Below, piece after piece: positions 48,047-57,253 of a DNA stretch of 58,054 nucleotides. The notes below the pieces were generated by a model that did not search any database, was not told the origin of the DNA, and was given only the letters and a program-made list of their open reading frames with translations. A program made the position numbers and the translations under genes. This stretch comes from a virus. Lineage: Duplodnaviria; Caudoviricetes. The stretch is taken from positions 1-58,054 of the IMG/VR virus record IMGVR_UViG_3300032234_000118. The stretch is one strand, 5' to 3'. Numbering within the stretch: position 1 is the first letter of the stretch; each line of letters starts with the position of its first letter.

Positions 48047-48496
48047 TTACTTTGTAAGCACCTCACCTTCTAGGCTAATGATTGGTGCTTTCTCAGGAAC
48101 AATTACTTCTGATTTCTTACGACTAGCTTCAATGTAAGCTGTATAGTTGAACGCATCACTATTTACTCCAAATGATTTTACAAAGTCAATAATCTCTGAT
48201 TCTTCAATTAGATAGTACTCTTGGAAAGTCTCAATAGTTCTTCTTTCTTCCTTGTAGGTCTTTCCATTTTCACGCTTACCCATCTTCATGTAGATCATAT
48301 CCCCATTGTCATCTATCTTAGGGACATTGTGAAATACTTGCTTCTTGCTTTTTCCAATGATTGCCAACAGTCCTGTTGTTGGGTCATACATTGCTTCTAA
48401 ATAAGGACAGTCATTACTTATTGGGATTAACTTAAAGCTTTTAGCCTCACCCCAATAAGTTGAAACAATCAACATATTCTTTCCATATTCTTTCAT
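48047..48496 (-). CDS. Hypothetical phage protein
   Basis: 149-aa ORF in operon orientation, preceded by a TACATTTG box. Confidence 0.75.
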   Translation of the reverse strand: MKEYGKNMLIVSTYWGEAKSFKLIPISNDCPYLEAMYDPTTGLLAIIGKSKKQVFHNVPKIDDNGDMIYMKMGKRENGKTYKEERRTIETFQEYYLIEESEIIDFVKSFGVNSDAFNYTAYIEASRKKSEVIVPEKAPIISLEGEVLTK

Positions 48497-48500
48497 ATAC

Positions 48501-49082
48501 TTAATTTTGTTTTAACAAATGTAGAAAATTATTTACGATTTCACTAGTCATTGGTTTGCTTATTAATGTTTCTTGTTCCATGTCTGGTTTACTACACAGC
48601 TCACCTACAGATTCAAGCAGGTCTATATCACAATTTAGCATATCTGAATACTTATCAAAATACTTACTTGGATATAGATAACTCTCTATATAGACTTGCT
48701 GTAATAGATTACAATTGAAATAGTTTAAGATTTTAAACTTAAACATACTTGATAATTCAGAATATTTACCTGTGCATACTCTAATATACTCTTCCATATA
48801 ATCACTGAAATCAAATACATAAGCTACCATATCCTCTGCCAGATTAAAGTAATCATGGAACAAAGGGTTAGTAATAAGCTTATCCATTTCAAAGTTTCTG
48901 TAACTATCTGTATTCTCTTTTTTGAATATACATATTAGTTTACAGTCCTTCTCAGTGTACATTTCATACCAGCGTATATAAGTATTCACAGGTTTAAATT
49001 CTGAGTCTTCACTAATCCCTAGATGGGGATAAAGGAAGAGCGTACTTTTTTGATAATATTTACCATAGATGTCCTCAAACAT
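48501..49082 (-). CDS. Hypothetical phage protein
   Basis: 193-aa ORF (KSTLFLYPHLG..GKYSELS) directly downstream of the exonuclease gene. Confidence 0.75.
   Translation of the reverse strand: MFEDIYGKYYQKSTLFLYPHLGISEDSEFKPVNTYIRWYEMYTEKDCKLICIFKKENTDSYRNFEMDKLITNPLFHDYFNLAEDMVAYVFDFSDYMEEYIRVCTGKYSELSSMFKFKILNYFNCNLLQQVYIESYLYPSKYFDKYSDMLNCDIDLLESVGELCSKPDMEQETLISKPMTSEIVNNFLHLLKQN
48516..48523 (-). promoter_or_regulatory. Bacteroidota-type -7 promoter box TACATTTG
   Basis: Reverse complement of caaatgta, 19 nt upstream of ATG 48496. Confidence 0.45.
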
Positions 49083-49095
49083 AATTTTAAAGTGT

Positions 49096-50136
49096 TTATA
49101 ACAATACCTCTTCTGCTACAAATCTATAAGGTAACGTATAATCATGTGATTCATAATGATACTTTGCTTCTTGTAGTGCACAATGTAAATCAACACTCCA
49201 GGCACGCATGCTATCTTCACTTACTTTAAAAGGATATACTTGATTGTATTTATCAATAACAATAAAGTTAAACTCAATAGTCCACGTATCATCTATTACC
49301 TTACTTAGGAAGTCCTTTGCCAGCTCTACATAAATAGCTGCTTGTAGCCAATACTTCCAATATACTACTGCTTCTGGAAATTCACTGATGGATTTACTAC
49401 TGGTCTTTACGTCATTTATTCTGACTAGTTTCTGCTCTACGTCTACTACTAAGTTATCTAAAATTCCTTTAATACCAAAGGGATAGTCCTTATATTTATA
49501 AACAAATATTGGTAGCTCATTATATGTAGCAAACTCATCTGTAGCTACTCTATCCTGTCCTAGTAGTTCTACTATTTTAGGATTAGCTTTCAACGCTTCT
49601 GCTGCCTGGCTACACTTATCTAGAGTTGATTGATCTATGATATCTCTACCTGCCTTAGTCTTTAGGAAATCAAAATAAGATATACATTCTTTAGTAAGAA
49701 TTTTCTCTAATCTTTTTTCATCCCCTGTCTTTTGTACACCATCTTTATCAGGCTTCTTATCATCTACTAGTTTCTGGTGAAGGTTAATCTGTCTTAATGT
49801 TTCTAATATAACATCTGAATAGTAACTCAAAGGTTTATCCTCACCTTCAGGAACCACTGCATACACCACGTCAACTACATCTTTAGAGTTACCTGTGGGT
49901 AGTGATTCAGGTGATAATATAAACCTGTCACTAAATGACGCATCTTCTAACATTAGATAATGCGTTAGCTTACCTTCTATTAAATGTGCATCTGTTCTTA
50001 TTTCCTTAATTCCTAAAACATATTCATTATAGAATATATTAGGAGAGTACAGCAGCTTGTTTAAACTACTGTAACTAAACCTGAATATGTCTGCATAGAA
50101 CTCAGACTCTTTCATTATTCTTTCTGTAGGACTCAT
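49096..50136 (-). CDS. PD-(D/E)XK exonuclease (RecE/ExoVIII, DUF3799-like)
   Basis: FSYSSL..GKLTH..NE..KGILDNL..INDVKT..YWLQAAIY. Confidence 0.85.
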   Translation of the reverse strand: MSPTERIMKESEFYADIFRFSYSSLNKLLYSPNIFYNEYVLGIKEIRTDAHLIEGKLTHYLMLEDASFSDRFILSPESLPTGNSKDVVDVVYAVVPEGEDKPLSYYSDVILETLRQINLHQKLVDDKKPDKDGVQKTGDEKRLEKILTKECISYFDFLKTKAGRDIIDQSTLDKCSQAAEALKANPKIVELLGQDRVATDEFATYNELPIFVYKYKDYPFGIKGILDNLVVDVEQKLVRINDVKTSSKSISEFPEAVVYWKYWLQAAIYVELAKDFLSKVIDDTWTIEFNFIVIDKYNQVYPFKVSEDSMRAWSVDLHCALQEAKYHYESHDYTLPYRFVAEEVLL

Positions 50137-50483
50137 CAGTCTTCAATTTTAATTGTTCTTATCATCCATTGTGGTGGGGTAGCATCATTAACATGGTCTA
50201 CCCATTCTTTTGCTGTAGGTATATAACCAAAGCAATCTTCCTTTACATGTTGTTCCCCTACATACCTTGTGTATACAGTCTTACCATCTGAATTGATAAA
50301 GCTGCGGCCAAATACTTTCTCACATTCAAATATCCCCTCACTGTGATGTCTAAACATTCTATGTTTACTATGACCTATCCAAGCCTTAGTTGCATCAAAC
50401 CATTCATGTATATGCATGTAATCACTAGGCGTACCTCCAAACTTTCTTACAGAGGATTTAGCATGTTCATATGGATGTGCCAT
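50136..50483 (-). CDS. DUF6915-like His-rich protein
   Basis: HPYEHAKSSVRKFGG..IHEWFDATK..HRMFRHHSEGIFECE..EQHVKED. Confidence 0.75.
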   Translation of the reverse strand: MAHPYEHAKSSVRKFGGTPSDYMHIHEWFDATKAWIGHSKHRMFRHHSEGIFECEKVFGRSFINSDGKTVYTRYVGEQHVKEDCFGYIPTAKEWVDHVNDATPPQWMIRTIKIED

Positions 50484-50904
50484 ATTCTTCTATTTGCGGG
50501 AGTTTTAATTCATCCTCAGTTAGTTCTATATCAAGAGCTTTTCCGTTATGAGAATACTCATTATATTCTGTGTATCTTATAGAAACATCAATTACAAATT
50601 CTCCAGAAGGAATATGTATATACATGTCTCCATTACCACCATCATTATTCCACCAGTCTTCTATATTATTTAATTGATCATATGCAAAGTTTTCAATAAC
50701 TGTCTCTAGATCTTTAGATAATGAACTAAGTCTATTAGTGTGCACACTATGAAACTCATTTCTTACATCATCTGCATCTTCAAACCTATCTACTGAATAA
50801 TACATTTCTTCTATTGCTCCACTGTCTCCACCACCTTCAAAAAATATACGTACACCTGTTACACCTAACTTATGTAATTCTTTTATTGCTTCTTTAATTT
50901 CCAT
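50467..50904 (-). CDS. DUF6878-like acidic protein
   Basis: GVTGVRIFFEGGGDSGAIE..DWWNNDGGNG. Confidence 0.7.
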   Translation of the reverse strand: MEIKEAIKELHKLGVTGVRIFFEGGGDSGAIEEMYYSVDRFEDADDVRNEFHSVHTNRLSSLSKDLETVIENFAYDQLNNIEDWWNNDGGNGDMYIHIPSGEFVIDVSIRYTEYNEYSHNGKALDIELTEDELKLPQIEEYGTSI

Positions 50905-50908
50905 AACC

Positions 50909-51136
50909 TTAATTATTTTCTTCTTCTGATTGTACTACAATGTCAAATACATCCCCTACCTTTCTCAGGGTTGTAGACAACATCTTACATAAATTTACTA
51001 ATGCTTCTTTCTCTAATGTACTAAGCCATTTATCCTGCGTCTCTTCAGTGCAATCTTCAAAGCACGTAGGTTCTCTACTTTCTTCATCTTCAAACTTCTC
51101 AAAGATGTATATACCACTTAAGTTTCTTCTTTTCAT
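50909..51136 (-). CDS. Hypothetical phage protein
   Basis: 75-aa ORF with ATGA overlap to the upstream gene. Confidence 0.7.
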   Translation of the reverse strand: MKRRNLSGIYIFEKFEDEESREPTCFEDCTEETQDKWLSTLEKEALVNLCKMLSTTLRKVGDVFDIVVQSEEENN

Positions 51137-51324
51137 AATTTTTCTAGTTCTTGTTTAACTTCTTGCCAGTAATTAATTTCAGCCTGTGATAAAAATATTA
51201 ACCCTAATATCTCATCTACTGCAATTAAAGCGCATCTTTTAGCAAGTCTAGTATGCATTACTACATCGTACCCATCTCTTAAAAATGAATCAACTAAATC
51301 TTCTGCTTTCTCTTTTGGTGTCAT
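51133..51324 (-). CDS. Small hypothetical phage protein
   Basis: MTPKEKAEDL..AKRCALIAVDEIL..YWQEVKQELEKL, tightly packed in the operon. Confidence 0.75.
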   Translation of the reverse strand: MTPKEKAEDLVDSFLRDGYDVVMHTRLAKRCALIAVDEILGLIFLSQAEINYWQEVKQELEKL

Positions 51325-51325
51325 A

Positions 51326-51742
51326 TTACTTTACTTTATAAAATTTACCTAGTATGTTAGAGTTTAAAAACTCTTCTCTACTTAATACATCATTACAGAA
51401 TAAATACTTTGCTTCCTGGTATGTAAGTTCCTGGTTACTAAAACATATCATAAGTATCTCACGCTTAATAACATAGCCGTCTTTATGAGCTTTCTTTAGT
51501 ACATCATTACTGCTATAGTATTTTTCATATGCAAGTTTAGATACCCGCTTATATGTCTTCAACCTTTTATCAGTAGGCATTGCCTTCTTACCCAGCTTTA
51601 CTTTGGTGTTACTATAGAAATTCTTTTTACCAATGTACCTGTATGATTTACCATCAATGATTACGCTCATCTCATATATAAATCCTACAGCTCCATATGG
51701 GATCATCTCATTAGTAAACTCTACATTATTATATACCCACAT
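51326..51742 (-). CDS. GIY-YIG-like nuclease
   Basis: GFIY...YIGKK, Y.SS, REIL, E, C-terminal LNSNI. Confidence 0.65.
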   Translation of the reverse strand: MWVYNNVEFTNEMIPYGAVGFIYEMSVIIDGKSYRYIGKKNFYSNTKVKLGKKAMPTDKRLKTYKRVSKLAYEKYYSSNDVLKKAHKDGYVIKREILMICFSNQELTYQEAKYLFCNDVLSREEFLNSNILGKFYKVK

Positions 51743-51759
51743 AACTAAATATATTTTAT

Positions 51760-52764
51760 TTATAAAAACTTCATTCGTCCTGTTAACTTTTCACTGAGCA
51801 TAGGATACAGTACAATCCTAGTATTTTGAATACCATGTTCTCTTACTGAGTCTGCAATATCCTTCTCCATCTGCAATTGTATATATGGTAGACCATACAT
51901 TTTATTATACTTCATCATTGCTTTTAAACCTGCTGCATCATTATCTAGTATGATGCAAATCCTTGAGTATCTGAATCTTAACTGCTGAATATACATTGGT
52001 GACAATATGGTGTTCTCACTGTCTGGAGCTATAGCATCTATACCTTTGAACCCTAATGCTAGGAAAGACATTACATCTTTTAGTGAGCTGCAGATTACAA
52101 GAAATTTATTTGATTTGTTAAGTTGATCTGATCCCTGGACATATTCTGTAGCTAATTTAATAAATTTTCTTTGTTTAATCAAGGGCTGATAAATCTTATA
52201 TATTTCTCCTTCCTTAGTAAAGTAACCATAAATATTATTCCTATTAACAGTAAAGGATGAGACCTCAACACCATTAACAAGTTTGCTCATCTTATAACTA
52301 TCCAAAGGTCTTACATTATATTTATCTAGTAGGTCTGATCCAATCCCAAACTTCTGCCAGTATGTAGCATCTGTTTGTTTCCATGTACTTATTGAATAGT
52401 CAGTGACATCATACTTTTCATGATTAATCTCTATGAGACTAGGTCTAGTGCTGTCTTTAGTTTTTAGATATGAATTATAGTCAGCAAGTATTTTATTAAT
52501 AGCATCAGGATATGATAAGTTGAATAGCTTACATACTAGTATAATACCATCACCACCATATGAACTGGAGAAGTCCATAAACAAATACGAACATGTTGTA
52601 ACGGAATAATAAATACACAATGATGGTGTTTTCTCATCTGTAAATACTGATAATATCTTTACGGATTGTCCTGTTAATGTTCTATCTAAGTTTAAGTAAT
52701 GCTCAAATATCCATGACGATGGTACGTCATTTATGAAAAATACATAATCTCTATTCTTAAACAT
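51760..52764 (-). CDS. DNA primase (TOPRIM)
   Basis: DEKTPSL..FMDFS..GGD N-terminal domain; SSLKDVM..APDSE..LDNDAAG..KDIAD. Confidence 0.85.
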   Translation of the reverse strand: MFKNRDYVFFINDVPSSWIFEHYLNLDRTLTGQSVKILSVFTDEKTPSLCIYYSVTTCSYLFMDFSSSYGGDGIILVCKLFNLSYPDAINKILADYNSYLKTKDSTRPSLIEINHEKYDVTDYSISTWKQTDATYWQKFGIGSDLLDKYNVRPLDSYKMSKLVNGVEVSSFTVNRNNIYGYFTKEGEIYKIYQPLIKQRKFIKLATEYVQGSDQLNKSNKFLVICSSLKDVMSFLALGFKGIDAIAPDSENTILSPMYIQQLRFRYSRICIILDNDAAGLKAMMKYNKMYGLPYIQLQMEKDIADSVREHGIQNTRIVLYPMLSEKLTGRMKFL

Positions 52765-52776
52765 ATTGATAAAATT

Positions 52777-52805
52777 AAAAAAGGGGGACGTATTAAATCC
52801 CCCTT
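52777..52805 (-). terminator. Intrinsic terminator
   Basis: aaaaaaggggga-cgtattaaa-tccccctt. Confidence 0.7.
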
Positions 52806-52823
52806 CCTAATTATTTATTTAGA

Positions 52824-53570
52824 TTATAGTATATCAAATCCTTCTAGATCTAAGTCTAGTGGTTTGATGTCTACGTCTACAATAGTATCATCTGCTTTGA
52901 ATCCTTCTACAGGTTCATTCTGTGCTCTCTTAAAGTGAGTAGCTTCATCAAACTGAAGTAAAGGTTTCTGAGATGTAAGAGCTTTGTATGGGATGTGCCA
53001 TTGGTTATCTATCTTTTGAGGCTTAGGTAAATAAAGAGTAGTTCTCATCTTACCTTCCTTGTTGATATATTCATCACCAGCAATACAGAAGTCTAAATAC
53101 TTATCCTTATATGGCATGTCTGCATTGAATGCATCAACCCATTCTTGGATAGTATCATACTTACCGTGTGCATCTCTAAACCATTGTACACAATCTAACT
53201 CTATACAGAATGCTAGGATTGCTTTCAAGATTTCTTCATCTCTATCTACATCTGAATTGGTTCTAGTATTAAAACCATTCTTAAATGCAAATGTACTTGA
53301 CTTAACATTACCTATAAGACCATCATACTTAGGTCCATTAGGATCATTCTCATCAATTGGATAACCTTCAAAGTCTTTACTAGGCTTTAATGTTTCTAAT
53401 TTAAGTACAAGGAATAAAGCATTTTCTTCTGGCTTCCAGTTCTGTTGCCACAATTCAAACTTATTTATTCTAGCAATATAATTACCTGGTACAATTCCTT
53501 TAAATGCACCTGTTTTTTCGTTATTCTTACCAGCTCCTGGTAATTCAATGTTTAAAGTATCTAAACCCAT
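52824..53570 (-). CDS. Putative single-stranded DNA-binding protein
   Basis: Likely start is MGLDTL at 53570. IVPGNYIARI motif and acidic tail LDLDLEGFDIL; follows the Sak4-like ATPase. Confidence 0.6.
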   Translation of the reverse strand: MGLDTLNIELPGAGKNNEKTGAFKGIVPGNYIARINKFELWQQNWKPEENALFLVLKLETLKPSKDFEGYPIDENDPNGPKYDGLIGNVKSSTFAFKNGFNTRTNSDVDRDEEILKAILAFCIELDCVQWFRDAHGKYDTIQEWVDAFNADMPYKDKYLDFCIAGDEYINKEGKMRTTLYLPKPQKIDNQWHIPYKALTSQKPLLQFDEATHFKRAQNEPVEGFKADDTIVDVDIKPLDLDLEGFDIL

Positions 53571-53586
53571 TTCTTCTTTTTTAAAA

Positions 53587-54360
53587 TTAATCAATATAAA
53601 CTTTGTCCCAGTGAGTACTAAATGTCTCACCCTTTAATTCTGATAATACTATTTCCTGATTTCTTAAGTGAACAGGTCTTGCACCACATGTCACATCATC
53701 CTTAGTCTTGAAGGTTAATATGTTTTCATTACCCTTGCGATAAAGATAACCAATTGCATCTGACTGCGAAGATACTATTCTCTTAATCTTACCTGTTAAA
53801 TCTAAATCCATAGAGTTAACTTCTCCTCCTGACTTTTCTATCTGAGCATCTTTAACGTGCCCCAATAGAATAACTCTAGGAGCAAGAGTTTTGATATACT
53901 CTATAGTTCTTACAATTGCGTCTCTTAAATACCCATAGCCTTGACCATTAGGTAAGTTCAAAACGTTACCATACTTAAACTTTAATGAAGCAGGATCAAT
54001 ACTTCCGTCTGGCTTTTTCTTAATCCATCCAGTACCCATTGGAGTACTCATATACATCCTCTCTGCTTCTTTTACACACATTGCTTCAAGTGCAGTAATT
54101 GTATCTACAGCAATATACTGATAAGGTCTATCAGCTTCTATGATTGCTTGACCAATCTCTTTAATTTCCTGTACACTTGTTGCCTTTAACTTAATTGCAT
54201 CTACATAATCTGAGCCTGATTCTAAATCTAATATCAAACAGTTAGGTAGCTCAGCAATTAAACTGGTCTTACCAACTTTAGGCTTTGAGAATATGATTAG
54301 ATTCTTAGGACTCTTTGTTTCCGCTGACACTCTTGCCGTTGGAAGAACTATCTTACTCAT
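53587..54360 (-). CDS. AAA_24 / Sak4-like ATPase (ssDNA-annealing)
   Basis: FSKPKVGKTS Walker A, LDLESG, IAVDTIT, VILLGH, DAIGY. Confidence 0.85.
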   Translation of the reverse strand: MSKIVLPTARVSAETKSPKNLIIFSKPKVGKTSLIAELPNCLILDLESGSDYVDAIKLKATSVQEIKEIGQAIIEADRPYQYIAVDTITALEAMCVKEAERMYMSTPMGTGWIKKKPDGSIDPASLKFKYGNVLNLPNGQGYGYLRDAIVRTIEYIKTLAPRVILLGHVKDAQIEKSGGEVNSMDLDLTGKIKRIVSSQSDAIGYLYRKGNENILTFKTKDDVTCGARPVHLRNQEIVLSELKGETFSTHWDKVYID

Positions 54361-54914
54361 AACTTCTTTTTATTTTTAATTATATCATTTAACCATTGCT
54401 TTCTGCTCACAGGTTTCTTTAGCATTATTGCTGCTAAGTCCCTGATTGTCATCTGGTCAAGTGGTAAATCTGAATTTGGATCAGGTATATCATCTTCTAT
54501 ATTGAACTCTGGAGTTACTACAATACCTTCTGATTTAACACCAGTATATCTTCTGATGTATTCATCATCAATTAACTCTAGTTCATCTACTGGTACAATA
54601 TAGCGTATATGTCCTGTGTCTGGATGGGGATCTGATTTTTTGTACTCAGTTTCATAGTAAGGATTATAAGTCCATTTCCATAATCTGTTTTTTGGATCTT
54701 CAGAATCATAACCTTTACTTACAAAATGAGTATAGATGTCTTGTCTTTTTCTTAGGTCTTGCTCAAAGAATGATACTACCTTTTCTAATTCACCAATAGG
54801 CGTATAACAAATCCTTGGTATGAATAGAGGCTTCTCTATTCCAAGTTTATCAAACGTCTCTGTGTGAAGTTCTTTTAGTTCTTTAATTTTCTCACTTACT
54901 GTTTTCTTTTCCAC
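54357..54914 (-). CDS. Hypothetical replication-module protein
   Basis: 185-aa ORF ending MTIRDLAAIMLKKPVSRKQWLN. Confidence 0.7.
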   Translation of the reverse strand: MEKKTVSEKIKELKELHTETFDKLGIEKPLFIPRICYTPIGELEKVVSFFEQDLRKRQDIYTHFVSKGYDSEDPKNRLWKWTYNPYYETEYKKSDPHPDTGHIRYIVPVDELELIDDEYIRRYTGVKSEGIVVTPEFNIEDDIPDPNSDLPLDQMTIRDLAAIMLKKPVSRKQWLNDIIKNKKKL

Positions 54915-54930
54915 ATTACTTTTAATTTAA

Positions 54931-55926
54931 TTACTTACTTCTTTTACTTATAGTATGACGAGGTGGGGTTTCCATCTCCTCAATTTCCATTGTTTTATAC
55001 TTAGCTCTGAAAAAACTCATCCTGGTATCTCCGTTCCTACACTTTATAAAATGAAAAACTAAAACTGAATTGTCTGCGATAATAAATCTCTCTGGTCCAT
55101 AGAAGTTGATAAACTTCATCTTAGGTCTGTTGATACCTATTACTAAGTCAGCGTGTTGTAGCAAAGCATCTGCTCCAAATAAATCTGATTCAAGAATGTA
55201 GTTACCATACTTTCCATCTTCATTTCTTTCTGGTGCTTCTACTGCTCTATTCAACTGACTAAGTATGATGAATATAATTGGATACTTTCTCTTAAGCTTG
55301 GTACATGTTTCACCTAACTCATATAATATTTCCTGCTTGTTGATACCTTTGATTAGAATTGAATGGTCTAGAGTGATTACTGTGTTGCAATAAATTTTGT
55401 TACCATCTTCTACAGTTGCATATTGGTTCATATACTTTTCTATAGTAGCCTCAAATTCTAATATAGAAGGTGGCATTTCTACTTCATCTACTGGATATTT
55501 ACTTGCTTCAATTGCATAGTCTCTACACTTCATTAAGTCTTCCTTTCTTAGCTCCCCTTCCTCTTTGTCAGAGTTACATAAATACTTGTATGACTTCTGT
55601 GCGACACTACAAAATTCTCTTAGTCTTGCTTTTTCTGATACCATTTCTAGAGTAAACTCTAAGACTCTTATGTTCTGTCCTTTGTTTAATCTGAAACCCT
55701 CTCTTATGATCTGATCTTTGATAAGTGTTTTACCTGTTCCTGGTCTACCTCCAATGACTAACATTGAATGCCATTCTATGCCATCTACTCCTGCATCATT
55801 TACTTTTTCCCAAGGGGTTCTATAAGTATGGATAGTACCTTTAAGTCTACCTACCATATAGTTTAAGGCTTTCTTATATCCCTCCCCTCTACTTGACCAT
55901 TCAAGTGGTTTAACTTTCTCTGACAT
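54931..55926 (-). CDS. dnaB: DnaB-like (SF4) replicative helicase, motor domain only
   Basis: GGRPGTGKT, FTLEM, LDH, LSQLNR, DLFGADALLQHAD, KCRNG. Likely start is MSEKVK at 55926. Confidence 0.9.
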   Translation of the reverse strand: MSEKVKPLEWSSRGEGYKKALNYMVGRLKGTIHTYRTPWEKVNDAGVDGIEWHSMLVIGGRPGTGKTLIKDQIIREGFRLNKGQNIRVLEFTLEMVSEKARLREFCSVAQKSYKYLCNSDKEEGELRKEDLMKCRDYAIEASKYPVDEVEMPPSILEFEATIEKYMNQYATVEDGNKIYCNTVITLDHSILIKGINKQEILYELGETCTKLKRKYPIIFIILSQLNRAVEAPERNEDGKYGNYILESDLFGADALLQHADLVIGINRPKMKFINFYGPERFIIADNSVLVFHFIKCRNGDTRMSFFRAKYKTMEIEEMETPPRHTISKRSK

Positions 55927-55966
55927 CTGTTGGTTTATGTATGTAAATATAATAAATATATCAGAT

Positions 55967-56572
55967 TTATACAACTTTTACTGCATGAATTATTGGTTCT
56001 TCTACTTCATCAGAGAGTATCATTTCACAATAATTTGCAAGGTCAGAACTATAAGACTTGTCCGTATCTTGTTTACGAATAAAGTATTTAGATGTACGCA
56101 TATATTTATACCCACTGGTGACATAGTCATCTACATACTTCTCAGTAGCATCTAGTATTACATCCCATGAATAGTCATAGTTATTGAAGAACCATTTGAA
56201 TGCATTCTTGATATTGGGCTTACTGTCTCTAGCATACTTACCTGTGGGTAATTTAATTGCAGGGAATATATTTATATACTCCTGTATCTTATCCTCCCAG
56301 TCATTACCTAGTATATCACCCGCTGCATTTTCTGCCTGCTTGGTAAATATAGATTCTATTTTCTTAACAAGATTCTTACCCCGCTGAGTTACATATAACT
56401 TATTCTCATTAGTTACTATGACATACTCACGTGTTACTAGTACATCCAACTCTTCAGTAATTTCGATAAGTTCAGTTGGTGACTGGTCTACTATAGACAT
56501 CAGTACATAATACTGGTTAGGTGTTAGCTTGAGTGTGGTGATTGCCTTAAATAATTCTTTCTGCTTCAACAT
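55967..56572 (-). CDS. Putative winged-helix replication initiator/helicase partner
   Basis: N-terminal wHTH pattern (LTPNQYYVL..LVTREYV..VTQRG) and C-terminal FP..ATEKYV..YMRTSKYFIRK..SDLANYC; adjacent to DnaB. Confidence 0.5.
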   Translation of the reverse strand: MLKQKELFKAITTLKLTPNQYYVLMSIVDQSPTELIEITEELDVLVTREYVIVTNENKLYVTQRGKNLVKKIESIFTKQAENAAGDILGNDWEDKIQEYINIFPAIKLPTGKYARDSKPNIKNAFKWFFNNYDYSWDVILDATEKYVDDYVTSGYKYMRTSKYFIRKQDTDKSYSSDLANYCEMILSDEVEEPIIHAVKVV

Positions 56573-56573
56573 A

Positions 56574-56783
56574 CTATTCGTTATCTATTCTAATATAATA
56601 AAACTGTGGAAGACTTCTAGTATTATGATGCATCTCAAAGTCTTTAGTAGATAGTACCCAGCCAATTTCTTTTGCTATATTCTTGAACTCATCTAGAGGT
56701 ATAGCATTTGCAGATACATCATGCTCTTCACAATACTCCTGGAGCTTGTGATCATTCTCAATTAAATAAATCATATTTACCAT
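56574..56783 (-). CDS. Hypothetical protein
   Basis: 69-aa ORF packed between ung and the wHTH gene. Confidence 0.6.
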   Translation of the reverse strand: MVNMIYLIENDHKLQEYCEEHDVSANAIPLDEFKNIAKEIGWVLSTKDFEMHHNTRSLPQFYYIRIDNE

Positions 56784-57253
56784 TTTATTTCTGTATTATA
56801 TTTTTCTTTTACTAATCTACTTACTTCAGTAAATACTCCATTGCTATCCCATATACCTTCCTTACTGTATACAGCTGAGGCGGGATGAGAACATTTAAGT
56901 ATGTGATTCCTCTCCTCTGATATGTATGGTATCCAAGCCTGGGCTGCATTACCCATGAATACATATACTATACCTGTAGTAGACTCATCTAGTACTTGAA
57001 ATAAGTATGTCATAAATGGAGTCCATAAATCTTTATGAGCTCCTGCTATACCGACTCTAGTTGTCAGTGCACTATTAAGCATTAAGATACCTTGATTACT
57101 CCAATCCTGTAGATTGTATGTATGGAAGTGTTCTATTCCTTCAGCATCTAATCCTTTGTATATAAACTTTAGACTAGGTTGTATCTGTGACGGATGACTA
57201 GTATGGCTGCAACTAAATGCAATACCATCTGCTACTCCTTCCTTTGGGTACGG
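56777..57253 (-). CDS. ung: Uracil-DNA glycosylase (family 1), exon 2
   Basis: PYPKEGVADGIAFS..QPSL..DWSNQGILMLNSALT..H..LW..VFMG..SHPAS; in frame with exon 1 GQD. Confidence 0.92.
   Translation of the reverse strand, partial: PYPKEGVADGIAFSCSHTSHPSQIQPSLKFIYKGLDAEGIEHFHTYNLQDWSNQGILMLNSALTTRVGIAGAHKDLWTPFMTYLFQVLDESTTGIVYVFMGNAAQAWIPYISEERNHILKCSHPASAVYSKEGIWDSNGVFTEVSRLVKEKYNTEIKW

Noticed and set aside
51326-51742. GIY-YIG gene as part of a second intron
   Set aside because: The flanking genes are complete, the spacers are under 20 nt, and there are no ribozyme core elements.
45617-55926. Inteins in PolB, primase or DnaB
   Set aside because: The proteins are of compact length with contiguous motifs, and no C...HN-[CST] signatures are present.
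53571-55974. Listed upstream starts at 53630 and 55974
   Set aside because: They overlap upstream genes and run through AT-rich leaders; ATGs at 53570 and 55926 fit better.
56777-57082. 101-aa ORF as a stand-alone gene or ung pseudogene
   Set aside because: The frame extends without stops to 57253 and joins GQD across a group I intron, so it is exon 2.
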